Shown: positions 9,219 through 20,026 of the stretch, piece after piece
How positions within the stretch are numbered: the stretch's first letter is position 1
Layout of the letters: the number at the start of each line of letters is the position of its first letter
Assembly (NCBI GenBank): GCA_963819655.1
Contig: CAWFXA010000002.1
Coordinates: 224,001 to 288,000 of the forward strand
Direction of reading: 5' to 3'
Length of the DNA: 64,000 nt
Source of the DNA: an uncultured Chloroflexia bacterium
Lineage (GTDB): Bacteria > Chloroflexota > Limnocylindria > Limnocylindrales > CSP1-4
Notes under the pieces: generated by a model
What the model was told of the DNA's origin: nothing
What the model saw: the letters and a program-made list of their open reading frames with translations, nothing else
Database searches by the model: none
Translations under genes and position numbers: made by a program

Positions 9219-10022
9219 ATGCAGCGTGCACGGAATGCGATCGGTGTCACCCAGTGGTCGCTCGACGGGCGTGGACCCGAGACGATCGAACGCGCAGCCC
9301 TGCTCGGCTTCGAGACCATCCACCTCGACTCCGGCTCGCTCGACGGCGATCTCCGGCTCGACGACGACGGCCTGCGCGAGCGGTATCGCCGAGCTGCGCG
9401 CGACTGTGGCGTGACGATCGGCGCGATCTCGGGCGGGGACCTGAATGACCTCGGGCTCTCCAGCCCGGCCGGTTCCGCGAACGCGACCCGGTGCGCGTTG
9501 AGCATCCGGATCGCGATCGAGGCAGCGCTCGACATGGGCGTGCCACTCGTCTTCCTGCCGAGCTTCCGAGCCGGCGAGATCCGCGACGACGCGGACCTGT
9601 CGCGCACGGCCGAGGTCCTCGCCGCGGCGGGCGATCACGCGTCCGGCCGTCCCGTGACGGTCGCCACCGAGAACACGTTGAGCGCAGACGGCAACCTCCG
9701 GCTGTTGCGTGCGGCGGGCCGTTCCGACCTTCGCGTGCTCCTCGACACGCAGAACCCCGCGCTGTGGGGGCATGCCGTGGCGCCGATGGTTGACGCCCTG
9801 TGGCCGTACCTCGTCGATCAGGTCCACGTCAAGGACGGGATCGATGGCGAGATGGGCAATGCCCTGCTCGGGGAGGGCGAATCCGACTTCGCCGCGACGT
9901 TGGCTGCGCTCCGCCGGCGCGGCTTCGCGGGGGCGCTGGTCAGCGAGAACGACTACCGCGGCCCGCGCAGCGAGCTGGCTGGCCGCGATATCGCCATCCT
10001 CGCTGATGTCGCGACCGGCTAA
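9219..10022 (+). CDS. Sugar-phosphate isomerase/epimerase (AP-endonuclease-2 TIM barrel)
   Basis: GGAGG RBS; metal ligands TEN, DTQN, HVKD, SE. Confidence 0.85.
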   Translation: MQRARNAIGVTQWSLDGRGPETIERAALLGFETIHLDSGSLDGDLRLDDDGLRERYRRAARDCGVTIGAISGGDLNDLGLSSPAGSANATRCALSIRIAIEAALDMGVPLVFLPSFRAGEIRDDADLSRTAEVLAAAGDHASGRPVTVATENTLSADGNLRLLRAAGRSDLRVLLDTQNPALWGHAVAPMVDALWPYLVDQVHVKDGIDGEMGNALLGEGESDFAATLAALRRRGFAGALVSENDYRGPRSELAGRDIAILADVATG

Positions 10023-10026
10023 GCGG

Positions 10027-11022
10027 ATGGAGCCGCTACGCGTCGGGTTCATCGGGGCGGGGGTTTTCTCCTCCTGGGCGATCTACCCGGCCTTGCACCT
10101 TGCTCCCATCGACCTGCGGGCCGTCTGCGACACCGACGGAGAGAAGGCTCGCAGCATGGCGAGTCGTTTCGGCGGCCGAGGACGCTGGTACACCGATCAC
10201 CGCCGGATGTGGGAGGAGGAGGATCTCGAGGCGCTGATCGTCTGGATGAAGCCGGGCGCTCGACAGGACCTTGTTCTCGAAGCGCTCGAGGCCGGCTACC
10301 ACGTGCTTGTGCCCAAACCGCCTGCGCTCACGCTCCAGGCCTGTCGGGAACTGGCGTCGGCCTCGACCAGGACGGGTCGCAACGTGATGGTCCATTTCCA
10401 CCGGCGTTTCAGTCAGGGCGTGACGCAGGCGCGCGAGATCATGCAGCGGCCGTCGTTCGGTCCGCTGACGCAGCTCTTCTGCTCGTTCTGCTCCGGCGCC
10501 TACGACGACGTGCGTGCCGCCGGGTTCGACGACCCGGTCCACGCCTACCTGTGTGACTTCGCGGTCCACCACCTCGACATGGCGCGTTGGCTGGGCGGCG
10601 AGGTCCGCGAAGCCAGTGCTTACCACGATGTGCGCGGTCGTGGCGCTTCCTTCGCGGTCGCATTGCAGTTCGAGAACGGTGCGGTGGGGAACCTGCAACT
10701 GAACAGCCAGCGCGTGTGGTGGCGCAACTACGACCGGATCGAGGTCACCGGCCAGGGCGAGTACATCCTCATCGACGGCCTGTGGGGCTCTCGCCACTAC
10801 ACCGCGACCGACAACACCTTCACCGAGAACTACAGCGACGAGCGGAGCACGGAGCTCGGCGGGGACGGTGCTGCGTTGGTCGAGTTCGTCGCATCCATCC
10901 GGGAGGGGCGGGCGCCGGTGGCGAGCATCCAGGACGCCGTTCGAACGATGTGCCTCTATCAGGCGATCTACGACGCCTACCGTGCGGGCCGGCAGGGGCC
11001 AATGGAGTTGCCGGAGCCCTGA
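10027..11022 (+). CDS. Gfo/Idh/MocA family oxidoreductase
   Basis: VGFIGAG, HVLVPKP, DFAVHHLD. Confidence 0.88.
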   Translation: MEPLRVGFIGAGVFSSWAIYPALHLAPIDLRAVCDTDGEKARSMASRFGGRGRWYTDHRRMWEEEDLEALIVWMKPGARQDLVLEALEAGYHVLVPKPPALTLQACRELASASTRTGRNVMVHFHRRFSQGVTQAREIMQRPSFGPLTQLFCSFCSGAYDDVRAAGFDDPVHAYLCDFAVHHLDMARWLGGEVREASAYHDVRGRGASFAVALQFENGAVGNLQLNSQRVWWRNYDRIEVTGQGEYILIDGLWGSRHYTATDNTFTENYSDERSTELGGDGAALVEFVASIREGRAPVASIQDAVRTMCLYQAIYDAYRAGRQGPMELPEP

Positions 11023-11077
11023 ACACGCACGTCGCGGTCGCCGAATCGCGACCGCGCGCGCCCGCTACCCTCCTCGG

Positions 11078-12193
11078 ATGCGAGCACGTGACCTCGGGAT
11101 CAAGTTCGGCCTCGGCTCACCCGGGCCGCTCAACGCCATCACCGACGTCGCCGGCGTCACGGTCGGGCACACGACGCTGATCCGCGGCGACGGACCGCTG
11201 GTCGTCGGCCGAGGCCCGGTCCGGACCGGCGTCACGGTCGTCTGTCCGCGCGGCGCGGCGTCGCTGCGCGAGCCCGTGTTCGCGGGTCGCCATAGCCTCA
11301 ACGGCAATGGCGAGATGACCGGCCTCGAATGGGTCCGTGAATCGGGCCTGCTGAGCTCGCCGGTCGCGATCACCAACACGCACAGCGTCGGGATCGTGCG
11401 CGACGCGCTGGTGGCCGCCTCCGTCGATGGGAGCGATGCGCGCTGGTCACTCCCCGTGGTCGGCGAGACGTACGACGGGCTCCTCAGCGACATGAACGGG
11501 TTCCACGTCACCGGGGCCCATCTTCAGGCGGCTCTGGCGGAGGCGCGCGGTGGACCGGTCGAGGAAGGGGCGGTCGGTGGCGGCACGGGCTCCATCTGCC
11601 ACGAGTTCAAGGGCGGCATCGGAACTGCGTCACGGGTCATCCCGACGGAGTCCGGTGGCTACACGGTCGGCGTCCTCGTCCAGTCGAACTACGGGAAGCG
11701 TTCGTGGCTGCGGGTCGACGGCGTGCGGGTCGGCGAGGCCATCCCGGCCACGGAGGTCCCGAGTCCGTACGACGACCGCCCCGGACTGCCGCCGGCGGGT
11801 TCAGGATCGATCATCGTCGTCGTCGCCACTGATGCGCCGCTGCTCCCCCACCAATGCGAGCGGCTGGCGCAGCGCGCGGGCCTCGGGATCGCCCGCGTGG
11901 GCGGCACGGGTGGCCACACGAGCGGCGACCTGTTCATCGCGTTCGCGACCGGCAATCGGATCCCGACCGGTTCGGGCGACGACGACGACCCGATCGGCGT
12001 CGCCACCTATGCCGTCCGCGCCGTCGGCGACATCACCATCGACAAGCTGTTCGATGCCGTCGTGGAGGCGACCGAAGAGGCCATCGTCAACGCGCTCGTC
12101 GCCGCGCCGACTGTCGTCGGGCGCGACGGCATCACGGCCCACGCGATCCCGCACGACCGGCTCGTCGAGGTCATGAGGTCGGCCGGTCGCTGA
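11078..12193 (+). CDS. dmpA: P1/S58 family DmpA-type aminopeptidase
   Basis: NAITDVAGV.VGH, NGNGEMTG, KGGIGTASR, GSII autocleavage site, SGDLFIAF. Confidence 0.9.
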   Translation: MRARDLGIKFGLGSPGPLNAITDVAGVTVGHTTLIRGDGPLVVGRGPVRTGVTVVCPRGAASLREPVFAGRHSLNGNGEMTGLEWVRESGLLSSPVAITNTHSVGIVRDALVAASVDGSDARWSLPVVGETYDGLLSDMNGFHVTGAHLQAALAEARGGPVEEGAVGGGTGSICHEFKGGIGTASRVIPTESGGYTVGVLVQSNYGKRSWLRVDGVRVGEAIPATEVPSPYDDRPGLPPAGSGSIIVVVATDAPLLPHQCERLAQRAGLGIARVGGTGGHTSGDLFIAFATGNRIPTGSGDDDDPIGVATYAVRAVGDITIDKLFDAVVEATEEAIVNALVAAPTVVGRDGITAHAIPHDRLVEVMRSAGR

Positions 12194-12323
12194 CGGTCGG
12201 ACTTGGTCGACATCGACGAGTGCCGGCGAGACCTGGGGCGGCCGCACGGCGCGCGGCCCGGCTCCCGAGGCTGCGCGCGCGCCCAAGGCGGCCGCGGCCC
12301 GAGGTGGCCGCGCGGCCCGATGT

Positions 12324-12644
12324 CGATCCCATTTCTGCTGGGATCAGACGAATCAGGCCAACGGGGCCTTAACGGTCGTCGGACCTGTCATCCCGTGCTT
12401 GGGTCGACCCGCCGCGAGCGCGATCGACACGTGCTCCGGGGCCTTATCGCCCCCGGAGCCCTGAAACGTCTGGTGGGATCAGAATCGATGCCGGCAAGGC
12501 CCGCGGACACCCCGACCCGGCCCCGGGAACTGTCAGTTCCGGATCAGACATGGATGAGCGTGAACCGAGACCAGATCCGACACCTTCTGTCGAATCCGGC
12601 GGCCAGCCACGCTCATTCGTCAGGAGATCGGTACTGGCAGTTCC
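12324..12644. repeat. REP/REPIN-like paired palindromic elements
   Basis: TCTG(C/G)TGGGATCAGA at 12334 and 12469; GG(A/T)ACTG(T/G)CAGTTCC at 12526 and 12630; internal hairpins. Confidence 0.5.
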
Positions 12645-12703
12645 GCAAGAGTGGACGGGAAGGGAAGCGCTCGCATCCGGCGCCGACCCGGGAGGCCAAA
12701 CTG

Positions 12704-13573
<870 letters not shown>

Positions 13574-13645
13574 GCGGAGAGGCCTCCCTTGAGGTGATGC
13601 TGGTGTCGGGGCGGGACGGAGGCGGGAGTCGCGGCGGGTCGAGGA

Positions 13646-14101
13646 TCAGTCCGCGGACGTCGGTCGGTCGCGGCGGCTGAACTCGGCGAGCCGCTCGGTA
13701 CAGTCGACCGCGGCGCGTTGCGCCTGCCGCACGATCCACGGGTCGACGCGGCTCGAGTCCTCGACCGTCAGGGTCGGTCCTGTCGGGCCGTCGGCGACGA
13801 CGATGCCCGAGCTGTTGCGGTAGTCCGCCATCCAGTTGGCCTGCAGCTGGAGCGCGACATCGGTCACGACCCGCAACGGGAACAGCCAGTCGAGGTACGA
13901 CGCATTCAGCCGATCGGCGACGTCGGCGAGACGGACCGGACGGCCGCGCTCGAGCCGAGCAACGAGATCGATGACCCGGATCGCGGTGAAGGGATCGCCC
14001 GACTCACCGACAGTCGGTGGCACGATGCCCGGGTCGGGCAGGCCGGCCGGAGCCGGCCGCAGTGGTCCGAGTCCGATGGTCGCTGTTGCGGCGTCGGTCA
14101 C
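13646..14101 (-). CDS. Hypothetical protein
   Basis: 151-aa ORF with coding-like codon use, co-oriented with the rhodanese gene. Confidence 0.6.
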   Translation of the reverse strand: MTDAATATIGLGPLRPAPAGLPDPGIVPPTVGESGDPFTAIRVIDLVARLERGRPVRLADVADRLNASYLDWLFPLRVVTDVALQLQANWMADYRNSSGIVVADGPTGPTLTVEDSSRVDPWIVRQAQRAAVDCTERLAEFSRRDRPTSAD

Positions 14102-14282
14102 GTCGGGCCAATCTCCGAGTCATTCAGTAGGGATTAGCCCGAGTCTAGCGCATCGCGAACGAACCTTCACCATGCGCCGACCCTGTCCGCAACCGATCTG
14201 GGGCATCCTTGCGCCTGCCGGACAGGCGTCCGGCGCCGTTCGCGCGGCCTGCGCGGCCGAGCGTCCCAACCGAACGAGCACG

Positions 14283-15671
14283 ATGCAACCGATGGACACC
14301 GACCGGATCCCGACCCAGCCGACCCCGGATCAAGAGCCGCCCGACGCGACCTCCCTCACGTCGGGTCCCTCCCAGGCTCCGACGTCATCGGCGGCTGGTC
14401 GCGGTAGCCGGTGGGCGGCCATCGGGGCTGTCGTCGTCTTCGCGCTGGTCGTGACGTTCACTGCCGGGATCGGGGTCGGTCGCCTGGTATCGCCATTTGG
14501 CGCCCCCGGAGACACGGCCCCGAACCCTGCTGCCTCCCTGAAGCCCACCGAGTTCGGTCTCATCAAGGAGGCGTGGGACACCCTCCACCAGCAGTTCGTC
14601 GGTCGCGACACCCTCGACGATCGCGCGCTCATCTACGGGGCGATCGAAGGCCTGACCCAGGCCGTCGGCGACACCGGGCACACGGACTTCATGACGCCCG
14701 AAGAGCGCAAGGAGCGCAACGACTCGCTGTCCGGCTCGTACGTCGGCATCGGCGTGCGGATCGAACCTGACGACGCCGGTCTGCCGCGGGTCATCGGTGT
14801 CTTCGATGGCGGTCCGGCCGAGGCGGCCGGCATCGTACCGGGCGACGTCATCGTCGCGGTCGACGGGAGGTCGACCGAGGGTCAGTCGATCGACGTAGTC
14901 GCCGGCTGGGTCCGCGGCGAGGCCGGCACGAACGTCGAGCTGACGATCCGGCCGGACACCGGTGCCGCCGAGCGGACGATCTCGATGGTGCGCGCCGACG
15001 TCCCGATCCAGCCGGTCTCCTGGACGATGGTGCCGGGCACGACGACCGGCCTCATCCGCCTGGACCAGTTCTCGAACGGCGCGGCGGACGATGTCGTCGA
15101 GGCGCTGAAGGCGGCCAGGGCCGCGGGCGCGACCCGGATCGTCCTCGACCTGCGCGGCAACCCGGGCGGGTACGTCAACGAGGCTGTCGGCGTCGCCAGC
15201 CAGTTCCTGTCGAAGGGCCTCGTCTACATCGAGCGCAACGCGTCCGACGAACGGACCGAGCACCCGGTCTCGCCGGATGGCGTGGCGACCGACCTGCCGC
15301 TCGTGGTCGTGGTCGATGGCAATACCGCGAGCTCGGCGGAGATCGTGTCCGGCGCGCTCCAGGACGCGGCGCGGGCCAAGATCGTCGGCGAGACGACGTT
15401 CGGCACCGGGACCGTACTGGGCGAGTTCGACCTGTCCGACGGGTCGGCGCTCCGTGTCGGGACCGTCGAGTGGCTGACCCCGAGCGGCCGGCGGATCTGG
15501 CACGAGGGCATCGCCCCGGATGTGCCGATCGCCCTCCCCGACGGCGTCGTGCCGCTCAGCCCGGATGACGTCGCGAAGCTGACGGCGGCGACCGTCGGGT
15601 CGATCGACGACACGCAGCTCGCGAAGGCCCTCGAGGTGGTCGCCACGGAGCAGGTCGCCACGACTCCCTGA
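14283..15671 (+). CDS. ctpA: S41A carboxyl-terminal processing protease
   Basis: N-terminal TM, PDZ (GIGV), DLRGNPGGY, TASSAE, TFG.G, GIAPD. Confidence 0.9.
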   Translation: MQPMDTDRIPTQPTPDQEPPDATSLTSGPSQAPTSSAAGRGSRWAAIGAVVVFALVVTFTAGIGVGRLVSPFGAPGDTAPNPAASLKPTEFGLIKEAWDTLHQQFVGRDTLDDRALIYGAIEGLTQAVGDTGHTDFMTPEERKERNDSLSGSYVGIGVRIEPDDAGLPRVIGVFDGGPAEAAGIVPGDVIVAVDGRSTEGQSIDVVAGWVRGEAGTNVELTIRPDTGAAERTISMVRADVPIQPVSWTMVPGTTTGLIRLDQFSNGAADDVVEALKAARAAGATRIVLDLRGNPGGYVNEAVGVASQFLSKGLVYIERNASDERTEHPVSPDGVATDLPLVVVVDGNTASSAEIVSGALQDAARAKIVGETTFGTGTVLGEFDLSDGSALRVGTVEWLTPSGRRIWHEGIAPDVPIALPDGVVPLSPDDVAKLTAATVGSIDDTQLAKALEVVATEQVATTP

Positions 15672-15715
15672 CCCTGTCGGGCCTTCGCCAGTCCAGTCAG
15701 TCGGCGTTGCTCGTC

Positions 15716-15800
15716 AGTACCATCGTCTCAGTAGGCGTGCGTGGAACCTCTTCCTATAGTGGCGCAGCCCTCGACTGGGGGTGAGTACTCATCAGGAGGT
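15716..15800 (+). promoter_or_regulatory. flp promoter region
   Basis: TATAGT -10-like box, TGAGTACTCA palindrome (15782-15791), repeated TCAGTA, CAGGAGGT RBS. Confidence 0.45.
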
Positions 15801-15806
15801 GCCTAG

Positions 15807-15977
15807 ATGGCGCCCTTCAACTCGCTCCTCGCCGCGCTTCGTCGTGACGAGGAAGGCCAGGGCCTCGCGGAGTACGCGTTGATCCTCGCCCTCATCGCGA
15901 TCATCGCGATCATCGCGCTGATCTTCCTGGGCAGCCAGGTCAGCTCGATCCTGAGCACCGTCGGCAACTCGGTCTAG
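15807..15977 (+). CDS. flp: Flp family type IVb pilin (56 aa, not in the ORF track)
   Basis: MAPFNSLLAALRRDEEG/QGLAEYALILALIAIIAIIALIFLG; G^QxxxEY prepilin motif; strong RBS. Confidence 0.95.
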   Translation: MAPFNSLLAALRRDEEGQGLAEYALILALIAIIAIIALIFLGSQVSSILSTVGNSV

Positions 15978-15999
15978 CACCGACTTCCGACAACAGACG

Positions 16000-16033
16000 G
16001 ACCGCCGGTCACGCGACCGGCGGTCTTCTTTTT
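16000..16033 (+). terminator. Rho-independent terminator
   Basis: GACCGCCGGTC-ACGC-GACCGGCGGTC followed by TTCTTTTT. Confidence 0.9.
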
Positions 16034-16054
16034 GCCCGGCGATGCATTGCAAGG

Positions 16055-17788
16055 CTACGTCGCGTCGACGACGTCCAGGATCCGCATCGCCAGCGTCAGG
16101 TCGAAGACGGCCGACGGATCGGCCAGGGAGCGGCCGATCAGCTGCTCGATCCGATTGATCCGGTACACGACGGTGTTGACGTGGATGAACATCCGTGCCG
16201 CCGTCCGGCGCTGGACGCGATCCTCCTCCAAGAGGACTCGCAACGTCCTGGTCAGCTCGGCGCCCTGGCGGCGGTCGTGCTCGATCAGCGGCTGCCAGCG
16301 TCGCGCGCGCGAACCCCTCGAGATCGTCGCGTGACGATGCACGCAGGAGCAGACCGTACGGCCCCAGCTCGCGGGCGCCGATGACGGTTCCGCGGCGGCC
16401 CAGCTTGATCATCACGTCGAGCGTTTGGCGCGCGGCCGCGAACGCCGGCGCATAGGCGTCCGGCCCGTCGCATGTCCCGCCGAGGGCGACCGTGACGGAG
16501 CCCGAACCGGCGACACCCTCAAGGACGTCCCTCAGCTCCGCGGCCAGCTCTTCGCCGCCGGCCTCGCCGCGAGACGGCTGTGTCGCCAGGACCACCAGCG
16601 ACCCGCCTGGGACACGGTCAGGCTGCGCGGCGCGCGCTGTGCCAGATGCTCGCGGACGAGTGCCAGGAGCTGCCGGCCGAGCTCGTCCGCACGCGCGCCC
16701 GTCGACGTCGGCATCGACGTCGATCACCATCAGGTCGTGCGGCTGGCCGAGGTCATGCCCGAGTCGTGCCGCGCGTGCGGCCATCGCCGCCTCGGTCGGA
16801 TAGCTGCCGGCCAGAAGGTCGGCGATGGCCTCGCCGCGCAGACGGTCTTCGACCTCGACGGTCGCACGGATCTTGGCGAACTCGAGCGCGACGCCGGTGG
16901 CGGCGACGTCCACGAGCGCCCGGTCGATCGGACCGAGATCGCCTCCGCCGAGAGGAGCAGGTGGCCGACGACCTCGCGGCCGACGCGGACAGCGACCGAG
17001 ATCGGCTCGGGATCACTCCGGCCTCGGCGCCTGCCCCGGGCTCCACGAGGCGCCGCCAGTCATCGCCACCATCCGGCGACGCTCCGGCGATGACCCGCCG
17101 GATGTGGTCCTGGATCACGACCCGGCGACCCAGGTCGGCGGCAAGGACCTCGGCGATCCCCGCCGGGCCGGCGTCGAGCAGCACCTGTTCGGCCAGTCGC
17201 TGTTGGACGGCGAGCGAGCGGCTGAGGTCCGCGTTCGTCTCCGCCAGCTCCTGGCCGAGATGGACCTCGTTCTCGAACCGCCGAGCGTGGTCGATCGCGA
17301 TCGCCGCATGGGCCGCGAACGCGGCAAGCAGGTCGGCATCGTCGGCGCCGAACCGGTGCCCGCCCCGAGTCGCATGGAGGTTCAAGGCGCCGATCGCGTC
17401 GCCGCGAAAGATCAGCGGCGCGCAGATGACCGACCCGAAGGCATAGCGGTCGAGCGCGCGCGCTCGATGCTCGTACGTCGCGTAGTCGTCGACCCAGATC
17501 GTGCGCTGCGCGAGGATCGCCTGTGTCGATATGCCCTCGCCGAAGGCCATCTCGAAGTCGAGAAGGTCCGACCGGCTGCTTCGACACCGCAGCCACCCGG
17601 AGGCGGTCTTGCTCGCGGTCCCACAGCAGCATGTCGCCGCTGTCCGCGCGCAGCAGGGTCCGGGCGTCGTCCACGATCGCCGCCAGGACGGTCTCGAGGT
17701 CGAGCGACTCGGTGACCCGCACGGCGGTCGCCAGGAGCCGGTCGATCTGGGCGCTCCGCCGTCGATCGCCGGCCTCGATGGCCGTCAT
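16055..17788 (-). CDS. GAF-domain PucR/CdaR family transcriptional regulator (frameshifted)
   Basis: GAF pieces (SLDLETVL, APLIFRGDAIGAL) and C-terminal HTH (TAARMFIHVNTVVYRINRIE) spread over several frames. Confidence 0.85.
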
Positions 17789-17966
17789 GGCTGCGATCTC
17801 ATGAGGCTCCGCATCATAGCGGCGGTCGCGGGCCTCATCGTGGTCTGACGACAACAGTAGAGGCCTCGAAACTGTGTGGGATTCACATACGACGGCGCCG
17901 GGCATGCTGGTAGCGTCGGAGACCCGCTGACCATGCCCGGTCGGCTTGCCTCGGACCGGAGGTCAG

Positions 17967-19192
17967 GTGACCAGTTCCCCGGACGTCCTCGTCATCGGCG
18001 GCGGGATCGTCGGCAGCGCGACCGCGTACCACCTCGCGCGTCGAGGTGCGTCGGTCACGCTGCTCGAGGCCAACGAGCTGGCCTATGGCGCCACGGGCCG
18101 GAACCTCGGATACATCTGGGTGCACACCCGCCGGGCCGGCCCGGAGCTCGAGCTCGTCATGCACCTCCGGCGCGAGCTGGACGGGCTTCCTGACGAGCTC
18201 GATGCCGACTTCGGTCTGCGCACGGACGGCGGCCTCCTCTATGTGCAGACCGAGGAGCAGCTGGCGACGCTCCGCGAGTTCGTCGAGCGGCGCCAGGCCG
18301 ACGGCGTCGACATCCGGCTGATCGACGGCGACGAGGCGCGCTCGCTCGCGCCGATCCTGCCCGACACCGTCATCGGCGCCTCGTTCTGCCCGCTCGATGC
18401 GCAGATGGAATCGAGCCGCTACGTCCGCGCGTTCGCGGCGGCGGCTGCAACGCGCCGGCGCGACGGTCGATGGAGGGCACGACGGTCCGCTCGTTCGAGC
18501 ACGACGCCGGCCGGATCACCGGCGTCGTGACCGACGATGGAGCGATCACGCCGGGCACGGTCGTGGTCGCCGCCGGGGCGTGGACGCCGTCGCTCCTCGA
18601 GGGTCTGGGCGTCGACATGCCGATCTTCCCGATGCGCCTCCAGATCGTGCAGACCGAGCCGATGGCACGCCGAGCTCGGACCGGTCCTGTACGGGCCGGC
18701 GCGCTGTGAAGCAGTACCCGATCTTCCGTGAGCTGCCGTCGTTCCGCCCGGACGCATGGGCGAACGACGCCGAGGCACGGCACGGCAAGGCGCTGCTCGA
18801 GGCCGTCTGCCAGCGCAACGACGGGTCGTACCTGCTCGGCTGCGCGATGGATTACCCGGGCTTCGTCTGGGAGCCCGACCTTGCCGGCGTCGCGCTCGTC
18901 ACCGAGAGCATGCCGGCCATCATGCCGGCCCTCCGGGGCGCGTCGTTCGCGCGGGCGTGGGCCGGCGTCCTGCCCTACACCGCCGACAACCTGCCGATCG
19001 TCGACGCGCTGCCCGGGCTTCGACGACGTGCTACGTCGCCGCGGGCCACGTCTTCGGCAACGGGGCGGGGCCGACGACCGGCCGGCTCGTCGCAGACCTC
19101 ATCTGCGGCGATGACGCCGATCATGGACATGACGCCCGTTCCGTGCCGACCGCGCGAGTCTCGCCGGATCCACCGCCGGGAGCGTCTGGTAA
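17967..19192 (+). CDS. FAD-dependent D-amino-acid/glycine oxidase (DAO) family oxidoreductase (frameshifted)
   Basis: GGGIVG, GATGRN, WAGVLPYTADNLP, GHVFGN across frames. Confidence 0.85.
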
Positions 19193-20026
19193 GTGGCGAC
19201 TGAGGCCGCGCAGCGGCGCATCGCCGCGCAGCGACGCATCGCGTTCATCAACCCGTTCGGGACCGCCGCGTTCGACGAGATCATCGAGGAGACGCTCGTC
19301 CCGTACGCGGGTGCCGGCACGTTCGGTGGACGTCATCCACCTCGACGGCGTGCCCGCCAACATCGACTACTACTACCCGAAGCACCTCATGGAGCTGGCG
19401 ATCTTCCGGGCGGTCCGCCGGCTCGAGGACGAGGGCTACGACGCGGTCGTCGTCGGCTGCTGCTACGACCCGGGCGTCAAGGTCGCGCGCGAGCTGGTCG
19501 ACATCCCGGTCGTCGGGCCGCTCGAGGCGGCGATGAACCACGCCTCGTACTTCGGCCATCGGTTCACGGTCGTCACCGACCATCGCAAGGCGGTGCCCTG
19601 GCTGGAGGACCTCGTCCGTCTCCACGGGACGGCCAACTGCCGCGGCGTCCGCGCCATCGACTGGTACGTCACCGACATGATCCGAGGACACGATCGGCCG
19701 TCGCCGACGATGCCGCCGCCGCGCTCGCTCAAGGCCCTCGACGAGGACGGCTCGGAGGTCATCATCCTCGGCTGCACGATCATCGCCGGCTGCCTCGAGC
19801 GCGAGATCATGACCACCGGACGCCACCGCGAGCTGCCGATCCTCAACCCGAACCTGCTCGCGCTCAAGGCGGCCGAGACGCTGGCCGACCTGCACCGCGC
19901 GGCAAGTACACGATCAGCCGCGCCGGGCAGTACCAGCGCCACGAACAGCACGACGCGGCCGAGGCGGCCGACGTCTGGCGTCGCTGGAAGCTTGTCGATA
20001 CCGACGATCCCGGGGCCGGCGGATGA
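19193..20026 (+). CDS. Asp/Glu/hydantoin racemase family protein (frameshifted)
   Basis: INP, VGCCYDPG, ILGCT catalytic Cys motifs. Confidence 0.85.
   Translation: MATEAAQRRIAAQRRIAFINPFGTAAFDEIIEETLVPYAGAGTFGGRHPPRRRARQHRLLLPEAPHGAGDLPGGPPARGRGLRRGRRRLLLRPGRQGRARAGRHPGRRAARGGDEPRLVLRPSVHGRHRPSQGGALAGGPRPSPRDGQLPRRPRHRLVRHRHDPRTRSAVADDAAAALAQGPRRGRLGGHHPRLHDHRRLPRARDHDHRTPPRAADPQPEPARAQGGRDAGRPAPRGKYTISRAGQYQRHEQHDAAEAADVWRRWKLVDTDDPGAGG

Noticed and set aside
15672-15806. Possible c-di-GMP riboswitch upstream of flp
   Set aside because: No GGCAAA/GNRA-receptor core recognisable, and the leader after the -10 box is too short
19205-19240. 18-bp tandem duplication (AAQRRI x2) at the racemase N-terminus
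   Set aside because: Simple in-frame slippage duplication with no evident function
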